Assembly: GCF_001017655.1 (NCBI RefSeq)
Contig: NZ_CP010904.1
Coordinates: forward strand, 1,770,001 to 1,802,000
Length of the DNA stretch: 32,000 bases
Reading direction: 5' to 3'
Source: Kiritimatiella glycovorans
GTDB taxonomy: Bacteria > Verrucomicrobiota > Kiritimatiellia > Kiritimatiellales > Kiritimatiellaceae
Shown one piece after another: positions 24,939 to 32,000 of the stretch (positions are counted from its first letter, which is position 1; every line of letters starts with the position of its first letter). Below the pieces are notes generated by a model. It worked only from the letters and a program-made list of their open reading frames with translations, did not search any database and had not been told where the DNA came from. A program made the translations under genes and the position numbers.

Positions 24939-26834
24939 TCAGCCCTTGTAGGCCCCGGGTTCGATCATCGCGCCGTACTGTGCCTTCGCCGCTTCGATCC
25001 GCCCGATCGCGGCGTTCCAGCGGTCGTAGACATGCTGCGGGCAGTCCGGCACGTTCGCCTTATAGTAGTCGATCGCGCGGTTCAGTTTCGCCATCCACGC
25101 GTCGCAGCGGAAGGTGAACTGGTACCGGTAGTCCTCTTCCGTGTACGTCTCGCCGATCAGCGATTCGAACAGCGGCTTGAGGTCCTCGTACTTCGGGATA
25201 CGGCCCGTGGGGGTCTCGTACACGTCCACCTCGCCGTGAACCCGCTTCTCGGCCCAGTGCAGCCAGACCTTTTTCGCGAGCTTGCTCGTCGCGATATTAC
25301 CTTCCGCATCGCGCAGAAAGTAGTTCGTCGCGAAGATGCTCGGCGCCGCCTTCATATCCTTGACGAAATCCAGGTTGTTCTGGATGTAGCGTCCGAGCGG
25401 GTAGCTGACGAAGTCGAGGTTCGCCATCGGCTGCGGCTTGCGCACCCCCTCCTGTCCCAGCGTCGCCGACGTAGTCTCCGACTCCAGGGTGCAGGCCTTC
25501 ATGACGACCCCGTCCTCCCAGTCGAAGGACTCCTCGACCGGCACGGAGGTATCTGAATCACGTCCGCCGTAGAGCACACCGCCGACGGGCACGCCGCTGC
25601 GGTCGTTCCAGGCGGGATCGAGATTGTCCAGGTACTGCATACGGATCGTGTAGCGCGCGTTGCCGTGCGAGAGCGGAATCTCGTTCCCCTTCTGGTCCTT
25701 TTTGCCCTCGAACCATTCGCCGGAGTGGTTGAAGCCCTCTTTGGGCGTCTCCACGTCCATGCCCTGCCAGTACGGCAGGTTGTCGGGACCGGTGAGGACG
25801 TTCGAGAAGATCATCTCGCGCGGCATCTGCAGCGTATTAAAGATCACCGGATCGTCCTTGGCGTTGACATCGCGGATGATTCCGAAGATGCCCCGTTCCA
25901 CGTTCGCCGCGCGGAACTCGCCGTCGATGTTCCGAAAGTAGGCGATGTCGTCGCCGACGATCGTCTCGCCCGGGATCATGGCCGTGGACGTCTTGCCGCA
26001 GGCGGAGGGATACGCGCCGACGAAGTAGGTGGTGCGATCGGTGTTGGCGTTGCGGCAGCCCATGATGAACATGTGTTCGCAGAGCCAGCCCTCCTGCCCG
26101 GACTTCTTGATCGCCAGGCGCATGGAGTGCTTTTTCAGCCCGACCGAATTCCCGGCGTACTGGGCGTTCATCGAGTAGACGATGTTGTGGTCGAGGTCCT
26201 GGTAGATGCGTCGCTGGTCGAGGTTGACCGAGCATCCGCGCTCATCCAGTTCGCCCGCGCTGTGGCAGAAGCGGAAGAAGTCGTCCTTCTCGTCGTCCTT
26301 CATATTCATGAAGTGCTCGTAGCCGCGGCGGTAGAGGATATCCTCGGAATGCGCCACGTAGCACGAGTCGGTGATCTGCGCGCAGCCGATCGAGAACGGG
26401 CTCATCGTCGGGCACTCGCAGAAGAGTTTCACGATGACCTGCTTGCCCTTCATGATCCCCTTCGCGATGTCGCGGATCTCGGCGATGCCTTCCTCGTATT
26501 CGACGCAGTTGAGATTGCCCATGTCGCCCAGCGTCTCGCGGCTCACCATGAACTTCGTATTGGCCTTGTCGCGCGCCTGGTCGCCGTAGCCGTCGTAGTG
26601 AATCGTCTGTCCGTCGCGGGCGAGTTTCGACTCCTCGCCGATCTCCAGCGACCGCTGACGCACGTACTCCGCGTCCTCGTCGCTGTCGTCGCACATGTAG
26701 ACCGAATCGGGTTCGCACAATTCCACGTACTCACCGATGAAATTGAAGAGTTTCTCGTTCTCCAGCGCGGTGAGTTTTCGATAACTGTCTTCGCTCATTT
26801 TGCTTTTGAGCAGGTCTGCGTGTGTTGGCTCCAT
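24939..26834 (-). CDS. pckG: Phosphoenolpyruvate carboxykinase (GTP)
   Basis: GAYPSACGKTSTAM (GTP-PEPCK kinase-1a loop), GDDIAYF, NPRFT-like regions and a size of about 630 aa. Start set at ATG 26834 (MEPTHADLL). Confidence 0.9.
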   Translation of the reverse strand: MEPTHADLLKSKMSEDSYRKLTALENEKLFNFIGEYVELCEPDSVYMCDDSDEDAEYVRQRSLEIGEESKLARDGQTIHYDGYGDQARDKANTKFMVSRETLGDMGNLNCVEYEEGIAEIRDIAKGIMKGKQVIVKLFCECPTMSPFSIGCAQITDSCYVAHSEDILYRRGYEHFMNMKDDEKDDFFRFCHSAGELDERGCSVNLDQRRIYQDLDHNIVYSMNAQYAGNSVGLKKHSMRLAIKKSGQEGWLCEHMFIMGCRNANTDRTTYFVGAYPSACGKTSTAMIPGETIVGDDIAYFRNIDGEFRAANVERGIFGIIRDVNAKDDPVIFNTLQMPREMIFSNVLTGPDNLPYWQGMDVETPKEGFNHSGEWFEGKKDQKGNEIPLSHGNARYTIRMQYLDNLDPAWNDRSGVPVGGVLYGGRDSDTSVPVEESFDWEDGVVMKACTLESETTSATLGQEGVRKPQPMANLDFVSYPLGRYIQNNLDFVKDMKAAPSIFATNYFLRDAEGNIATSKLAKKVWLHWAEKRVHGEVDVYETPTGRIPKYEDLKPLFESLIGETYTEEDYRYQFTFRCDAWMAKLNRAIDYYKANVPDCPQHVYDRWNAAIGRIEAAKAQYGAMIEPGAYKG

Positions 26835-27061
26835 CTGGCGCTCCTTCTGCGTTGCGTTTCCGTGATCCCGTGCGATGCCGCGGGGCGGATACACCCGTGC
26901 GCGACCCCCCGAAATTTGCGCGTGCTTTTGTCATAAGCAGCGTGTCAACGCAAACACGAAATGGAAGAAAATACTGGAACGGCGCTCATCAATTCGACAC
27001 ACTCCTCCGGAATCGCAGTCGGCGGAGCGCGTACTGCTCCGTCGTCGGACGAGGAGGAGTC

Positions 27062-27973
27062 ATGGCGAAACAACCACGCGGACTGGGCCGCGGCCTCAGT
27101 TCTCTGATGCAGGACGAACCGGAGGCCTCCGGGGGCGGCGCCGTGACGGCGCGGGGCGCGGAGGCGGTCGCCGTAGCCGCGATCCGGGCCAACCCGTCCC
27201 AGCCCCGAAGCGTCTTCGGCGAGGAGGCCATGCAGGATCTCGTCCGCTCGGTCCACGAGCACGGCGTGCTCCAGCCGCTGATCGTGCGGCCGCTCGACGA
27301 CGGATACGAACTCGTCGCCGGCGAGCGCCGCCTGCGCGCCGCCCGGATGTGCGGGCTCGAAGAGGTGCCCTGTCTCGTACGCGCATCGACGTCGGCGCAG
27401 GATTCGCTCGAGATCGCCCTGATCGAGAATCTGCAGCGCGAGGATCTCAACCCCGTCGAAGAGGCGGAGGGCTATCGCCGTCTCATCGACGCCTTCGAGC
27501 TGACGCAGGAAGAGGCCGCGCGCCGGGTGGGCCGCTCGCGCGCGGCGGTGACCAACGCCCTGCGACTGCTCGACCTGCCCGACGGCGTAAAACGGATGCT
27601 CGCTGAAGGGCGAATCTCCGAGGGGCATGCCAAGCTCCTGCTGGGACTCGAGGCCGATCAGGAGCGGGAACACATGGCCGCCCGGGTCGTGCGCGAGGGG
27701 TTGTCGGTACGCGCGCTGGAGAAGATCCTGCGCCGCGGCCGCGCAGCCCCGCGGCGGCGCAAGCCCCCGGCCGGAGAAACCGATCTCCCGGAAGAACACG
27801 CGCGCGACCTCTCCGACCGTCTGCATCGCCATTTCGGCACCCGCGTGCGGCTCACGCCCAGCCGCACCCTGCCCGGCGGACGCAAGCAGAGCGGCCGCAT
27901 CGAGATCGAGTTCTACGGCAATGACGACCTGCACCGGCTGCTGCAGACGTTCGGAATGGCCGAGGACGTATGA
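27062..27973 (+). CDS. parB: ParB/Spo0J-family partition protein
   Basis: RGLGRGLSSLM, IRANPSQPR, LVRSVHEHGVLQPLIVR, ELVAGERRLRAA and the HTH LTQEEAARRVGRSRAAVTNALRLLDLP. Confidence 0.9.
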   Translation: MAKQPRGLGRGLSSLMQDEPEASGGGAVTARGAEAVAVAAIRANPSQPRSVFGEEAMQDLVRSVHEHGVLQPLIVRPLDDGYELVAGERRLRAARMCGLEEVPCLVRASTSAQDSLEIALIENLQREDLNPVEEAEGYRRLIDAFELTQEEAARRVGRSRAAVTNALRLLDLPDGVKRMLAEGRISEGHAKLLLGLEADQEREHMAARVVREGLSVRALEKILRRGRAAPRRRKPPAGETDLPEEHARDLSDRLHRHFGTRVRLTPSRTLPGGRKQSGRIEIEFYGNDDLHRLLQTFGMAEDV

Positions 27974-29100
27974 CGCAGGAGCATCCCCAGCCGGCCGATC
28001 CGGAAAAGGCGCGCCAGTACGAGCGCATGCAGCACACGCTGTTCGCGGTCAAGATCATCGCAGGCGCCGCGCTGCTCGCCGCCTACCAGTTAAGCGGCAT
28101 GTCGGAAACGCTCGCGGCCGGCCTCCGGCTCCGTTTCGGCGCGTGGCCGGTGGTCAACGGCGCCTACATCCTCATCTCGGTTTTCGGCATGGCGGCGATC
28201 CTCTTCCCGCTCTCCTACTACGGCGATTTCGTGCTCGAACACCAGTTCGGGATGTCGCGGCAGCGATTCAGTTCGTGGATGACGGACTACCTGAAGTCGC
28301 TGGCGATCGATCTCGTCTTCGCGCTGGTGTTTTTCGAGATCCTCTACGCCCTGCTGCGCTGGACTCCAGAACTCTGGTGGGTGTGGGCGACGGCGGTCTA
28401 CGTGGCCTTCAGCGTCGTCCTCACCGCCGTGGCGCCCGCACTGATCCTCCCGCTTTTCTACAAGTACGAACCGCTGGACCGGCCGGAGCTGAACCGGAAG
28501 ATCGAGGCGATGATGGCCGCGGAGGGGCTGGATGTGATCGGCGTCTACACCTGGGGTCTGGCGGAGAAGACGCGGGCCGCGAACGCCGCACTGGCGGGAC
28601 TCGGCCGCTCGCGCCGGATCATCCTCGGCGACACGCTGCTGGAGCACTACGACGAGGACGAGATCCTCGCGATCCTGGCCCATGAGCTGGGCCACTACCG
28701 GGGCCGCGACACCACGCGCCTGATCGCGGCGGGCACGGTGCTGGCCGCGGCGGGGTTCTACCTCGCCGACCTCGCGCTGAGTTACCTGCTCGAACAGCTC
28801 GCCATCGGCGCCGTGTACGATATCGCCGGGCTGCCCGTCCTGCTCTTCTGCCTGCTGCTCTTCTCGGTGGTCTCCATGCCCCTGTCGAACGCCTACTCGC
28901 GGAAGCGCGAGTTCGCCGCCGACGCCTTCGCGGCCCGCAGGACGGAGAACGGCGAGGCGCTGGCGCGCGCGCTCGACAAGCTCGCCGACCAGAATCTCGC
29001 CGACCGCGAGCCGCCGCGCTGGATCGAGTTCCTGCTGCATTCGCATCCGTCGATCGGACGGCGGATCGCCGCGATCCGCCCGCCCGACGCGCGAAACTGA
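27970..29100 (+). CDS. M48-family (Ste24/HtpX-like) zinc metallopeptidase
   Basis: Multi-TM N-terminal half, ILAHELGHYRGRD (HExxH) and a downstream EFAADAFA glutamate. ATGA overlap with the parB stop. Confidence 0.85.
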   Translation: MTQEHPQPADPEKARQYERMQHTLFAVKIIAGAALLAAYQLSGMSETLAAGLRLRFGAWPVVNGAYILISVFGMAAILFPLSYYGDFVLEHQFGMSRQRFSSWMTDYLKSLAIDLVFALVFFEILYALLRWTPELWWVWATAVYVAFSVVLTAVAPALILPLFYKYEPLDRPELNRKIEAMMAAEGLDVIGVYTWGLAEKTRAANAALAGLGRSRRIILGDTLLEHYDEDEILAILAHELGHYRGRDTTRLIAAGTVLAAAGFYLADLALSYLLEQLAIGAVYDIAGLPVLLFCLLLFSVVSMPLSNAYSRKREFAADAFAARRTENGEALARALDKLADQNLADREPPRWIEFLLHSHPSIGRRIAAIRPPDARN

Positions 29101-29113
29101 CGGTCGGGAAAGG

Positions 29114-29197
29114 GAGTCGGAATCAGAGTTTGAATCAGAATCAGAATCAGAATCAGAGTCAGAGTCAGAGTCAGAGTAAGAGTAAGAGGGAGTGGGA
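29114..29197. repeat. Degenerate hexanucleotide tandem array (14 units, GARTCA type)
   Basis: GAGTCG GAATCA GAGTTT (GAATCA)x4 (GAGTCA)x3 (GAGTAA)x2 GAGGGA GTGGGA, followed by CTGAGAC-type repeats up to about 29223. Confidence 0.9.
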
Positions 29198-29325
29198 AAC
29201 CTGAGACTTGAGACCTGAGTAAGATGCTGTCTGGATCGAACTACACCTGACTTCAACATGGCCCGAAAACGGCGGACGGCTTTCTGCTGTCCAGCAGAAT
29301 CCCTACCCTCACGCGCGGGAAACGG

Positions 29326-29355
29326 GGCCGGCCCTCCCGGACAGGAGGACCGGCC
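29326..29355 (-). terminator. GC-rich hairpin downstream of glnA (candidate terminator)
   Basis: GGCCGGCCCTCC / GGAGGACCGGCC form a 12-bp stem with 1 mismatch and a 6-nt loop, 9 nt after the glnA stop. Only a weak T tract (CCGTTTCCC) follows on the minus strand. Confidence 0.45.
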
Positions 29356-29363
29356 GATTGCGA

Positions 29364-30779
29364 TCAGATGTCGTAGTACAGCGCGAATTCCCACGGATGG
29401 GGACGGAGGGCCAGTGCCTGAACCTCGTTCTCCATCTTGTACTCGATCCACGTGTCGATCACGTCCTGCGTAAAGACATCGCCCTTGAGCAGGAATTCGT
29501 GGTCCGCCTTGAGCGCCATGAGCGCCGCGTGCAGCGATTCCGGCGTCTTGTCGACCTTCGCCATCTCCTCCGGCGGGAGGTCGTAGATGTCCTTGTCGAG
29601 CGCTTCGCCCGGATCGATCTTGTTGACGATCCCGTCCGCGGCGGCCATCAGCATGGCCGAGAACGCGAGGTACGGGTTGCAGCTCGGGTCCGGACAGCGG
29701 AACTCGAACCGCTTCGCCTTGGGCGAATTCGAGTACATCGGGATCCGCACCGCCGCACTGCGGTTACGGCTCGAGTAGGCCAGGTTCACCGGCGCTTCGA
29801 ACCCGGGGACCAGGCGCTTGTAGCTGTTGGTCGTCGGATTGGTAAACGCCAGCAGCGCCGGGGCGTGTTTGAGCACCCCGCCGATCGCGTACATCGCCTG
29901 CTCGGACATCCCGGCGTAACCGTCGCCCGCGAACAGATTCTCCCCGTCGCGCCACAGCGACAGGTGGACGTGCATGCCCGTGCCGTTGTCGTTCCAGAGC
30001 GGCTTCGGCATGAACGTCACCGTCTTACCGTGCTTCTTGGCGACGTTTTTGATGACGTACTTATACTTCAGCATCTTGTCGGACATCTCGACCAGCGGGG
30101 CGAAACGCATATCGATCTCCGCCTGACCGCCGGAGGCCACTTCGTGGTGCTGACACTCGATGTCGATGCCCAGATCCTCCATCGTCAGCATCATCTCCGT
30201 CCGGATGTCCTGCATGCTGTCGGTCGGCGGGACCGGGAAATAGCCCTCCTTGTAGCGCGGCTTGTACCCGAGATTCGGGTCCTCCTGCCGGCCCGTGTTC
30301 CAGCGCCCCTCCACCGAATCGATGAAGTAGTAGCCCGACTGCACGTTCTGATCGAACCGGATGTCGTCGAAGATGAAGAATTCCGCCTCCGGACCGAAGA
30401 ACGCCGTGTCGGCAATCCCCGACCCCTGAACGAACGCCTCCGCCTTCCGCGCGATGTTGCGGGGATCGCGCGTGTATTCCTCGCCCGTGATCGGATCGCA
30501 GATGTTGCAGATCATCACCAGCGTCTTTTCCGCAAAGAACGGATCGACAAACGCCGTCTCCGCCACCGGCTTCACCAGCATATCCGACTCGTTGATCGCC
30601 TGCCAGCCGCGGATGCTCGATCCGTCAAACCCCAGCCCCTCCTCGAACGCGTCCTCGTCGATCTCGTGCGCGGGCACCGAAAAGTGCTGCCACAACCCGG
30701 GAAAATCCATGAACCGAAGATCGATGACCCGTATGTTCTCCTTGTTCACAAACTCCAGTACGTCTCTCGGCGTCTTCAT
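29364..30779 (-). CDS. glnA: Glutamine synthetase, type I
   Basis: 471 aa. [56 protein letters not shown], and [16 protein letters not shown]. Confidence 0.95.
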   Translation of the reverse strand: MKTPRDVLEFVNKENIRVIDLRFMDFPGLWQHFSVPAHEIDEDAFEEGLGFDGSSIRGWQAINESDMLVKPVAETAFVDPFFAEKTLVMICNICDPITGEEYTRDPRNIARKAEAFVQGSGIADTAFFGPEAEFFIFDDIRFDQNVQSGYYFIDSVEGRWNTGRQEDPNLGYKPRYKEGYFPVPPTDSMQDIRTEMMLTMEDLGIDIECQHHEVASGGQAEIDMRFAPLVEMSDKMLKYKYVIKNVAKKHGKTVTFMPKPLWNDNGTGMHVHLSLWRDGENLFAGDGYAGMSEQAMYAIGGVLKHAPALLAFTNPTTNSYKRLVPGFEAPVNLAYSSRNRSAAVRIPMYSNSPKAKRFEFRCPDPSCNPYLAFSAMLMAAADGIVNKIDPGEALDKDIYDLPPEEMAKVDKTPESLHAALMALKADHEFLLKGDVFTQDVIDTWIEYKMENEVQALALRPHPWEFALYYDI

Positions 30780-30887
30780 TGTCCTTCCTCCATTCCGCTT
30801 GGCTTCATTTCACCGGCGTCCGCCGCAGGATGCTCCACCCCCGGCACATCATCCGCCGACCTTCCGTTCTTCATTGGCAAAGAGCTA

Positions 30888-30903
30888 AGCAATGCCCATG
30901 CCA
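30888..30903 (-). promoter_or_regulatory. Sigma54-type (-24/-12) promoter upstream of glnA
   Basis: The minus strand reads TGGCAT-GGGCA-TTGCT at canonical spacing, about 110 nt upstream of the glnA ATG (which follows GGAGGAAGG). Confidence 0.65.
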
Positions 30904-30981
30904 CTCCAACATCGATCATTCACAAGTACCTTTCCTGCAAAGATATAAAAAATTAATCCCCATTTCCTCCAAATCATTATA

Positions 30982-30995
30982 ATACATTAATGTAT
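30982..30995. promoter_or_regulatory. Perfect 14-bp palindrome ATACATTAATGTAT (candidate activator site)
   Basis: Perfect dyad about 100 bp upstream of the glnA sigma54 promoter. An 11/14 match, ACATAAATGTAT, sits at a similar distance upstream of the amtB promoter (10923-10934). Confidence 0.4.
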
Positions 30996-31025
30996 ATGTA
31001 AGCCCCATCATGATACATATTTGTT

Positions 31026-32000
31026 TTAGCTATAGATATGTCTTTGATACGATTCCGTAACTCTGTGTCTGATTCGGTTCAGCTCGCGGATCAGGTCTTC
31101 GACGGCGGCGTCCGCACCCAGCAGGCAGCGCGCGAAAGAGGCCAGCTGGTCTCTGTTTTCGGGGAGGCGGTGGATCTGGCGATCCTCGAGGATCTGGAGG
31201 TAGTGTTCGGCGCGGCGGAGGAAGGCGTAGTCGGACTGCAGGGTGGCGGCTTCGTTCCGGTCGAGCAGACCGTGGGCGGCCAGTTTTTCGAGGGCGTTGC
31301 GCGTATTGCCGTCGGGGAGGTCGGGGCAGTCGGGGGCGTGGACGAGCTGCAGGCCCTGGGCGAGAAATTCGATATCGCGTATACCTCCCCTGCCCTGTTT
31401 GATATCGAACCCGTCTTCATCCTCGGACGTACGGGGGCCGCGCATCTTTTCGATTTCCGCGAACACCCGTTCTTTCTCCGCGACGGGTTCGAGCAGGATG
31501 TCGCGGACGGCCGCTTCCACCTCGCGGCCGAGCGCCGCGGAGCCGGCGACGCAGCGAAGCTTGAGCAGCGACTGCCGCTCCCACAGCGCGGCGGCGTTCC
31601 GGTAGTACTGCAGCAGTCCGTCGCGGGTCGGCACCACGGGTCCCGAACGCCCGTGGGGGCGGAGGCGCAGGTCGACCCGGTAGACGTATCCGCAACCGGG
31701 GTGCGCACCGAGCTTCGCGCGCAGACGGGTCAGGATCTTTTCATATTCACCCGGTTCGCGGGATTCCGCGCCGGGGCGCGAGGGGTCGCAGACGGCGAGC
31801 AGGTCGATATCGGAGCTGTAGTTCAGCTCGCGTCCGCCCAGTTTTCCCAGCGCGAACACCGCGAAGTCCTCGCCGGCCCGGTCCTCTTCTTCGAGCGCCG
31901 TCCGGATGACCGCATCGGCGAGCATGGACAGGTCGCGGGTCACGTCCTTGACGGGCACGCCGAGAATCATGTCGCGGGTTCCGATGCGGAGAATCTCGCG
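31026..32000 (-). CDS. glnE: Glutamine synthetase adenylyltransferase GlnE, C-terminal part (gene continues beyond the window)
   Basis: FALGKLGGRELNYSSDIDLLAV, YRVDLRLRP and GRGGIRDIEFLAQ are GlnE nucleotidyltransferase-domain motifs. The frame is open to position 32000. Confidence 0.85.
   Translation of the reverse strand, partial: REILRIGTRDMILGVPVKDVTRDLSMLADAVIRTALEEEDRAGEDFAVFALGKLGGRELNYSSDIDLLAVCDPSRPGAESREPGEYEKILTRLRAKLGAHPGCGYVYRVDLRLRPHGRSGPVVPTRDGLLQYYRNAAALWERQSLLKLRCVAGSAALGREVEAAVRDILLEPVAEKERVFAEIEKMRGPRTSEDEDGFDIKQGRGGIRDIEFLAQGLQLVHAPDCPDLPDGNTRNALEKLAAHGLLDRNEAATLQSDYAFLRRAEHYLQILEDRQIHRLPENRDQLASFARCLLGADAAVEDLIRELNRIRHRVTESYQRHIYS

Noticed and set aside
26835-27061. A TTGACA hexamer lies in the pckG/parB divergent spacer, and I also looked for parS-like palindromes there.
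   Set aside because: There is no acceptable -10 at 16-18 nt spacing from the TTGACA. No sequence resembles the 16-bp parS consensus.
29100-29200. An SDSDSDSDSNSDSDS-encoding stretch on the minus strand could be a serine-aspartate repeat protein.
   Set aside because: The frame belongs to a 453-aa ORF that is otherwise antisense to the M48 peptidase gene and has no start context or signal peptide. It is better explained as an intergenic hexamer DNA repeat.
1-32000. I searched for CRISPR arrays, tRNA/rRNA genes, reverse transcriptase/retron or DGR components, and recognisable multi-gene defence systems.
   Set aside because: I saw no regularly spaced direct repeats of 25-40 bp, no tRNA-like T-arm/acceptor patterns, and no RT, Cas, ATPase-nuclease or similar signatures in any credible ORF. 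The only defence-like content is the two type II TA modules.

Overview
GC-rich bacterial chromosomal segment. PEP-CTERM and HAF-repeat proteins, pseudopilin genes and a GTP-type PEPCK hint at a PVC-group or similar environmental lineage, but that is only a guess. Most long ORFs in the track are antisense shadow ORFs. The supported genes fall into these groups: a pseudopilin pair (28-3074); an EEP-family nuclease/phosphatase; rhamnulokinase; a CPBP intramembrane protease translationally coupled to a PEP-CTERM zinc metalloprotease; TatD; a YacP-like NYN protein; AmtB; a tightly overlapping minus-strand operon glgC / CinA(PncC)-like / NadD-like nucleotidyltransferase / pterin-4a-carbinolamine dehydratase; DinG; a 5'-truncated HAF-repeat PEP-CTERM gene; a DUF1614-like membrane protein; a 554-aa membrane-anchored hypothetical; GTP-PEPCK; parB coupled to an M48 peptidase; and glnA plus the 3' part of glnE. 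The accessory content is the most interesting part. (1) A 144-bp MITE-like element with 19-bp terminal inverted repeats occurs three times. Two copies are 143/144 identical and carry perfect 9-bp target duplications, and one of these sits in frame inside an IS256-family transposase gene. Its interior has two GC-rich hairpins whose 6-nt loops are complementary to each other. (2) A roughly 3.2-kb islet (21691-24848) is bracketed by a 29-bp direct repeat that duplicates the 3' end and stop codon of the upstream gene. It carries mazEF, phd-parE, an IS30-family element and about 480 bp of unexplained structured sequence. (3) Both PEP-CTERM proteins continue for 84-120 codons past the normally terminal basic cluster, with coding-like GC3. 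(4) glnA and amtB each have a good sigma54-type promoter and share an ACATWAATGTAT palindrome about 100 bp upstream. (5) The M48-glnA spacer holds a 14-unit hexamer array (GARTCA) containing nine GANTC sites. I recognised no rRNA, tRNA or CRISPR array.
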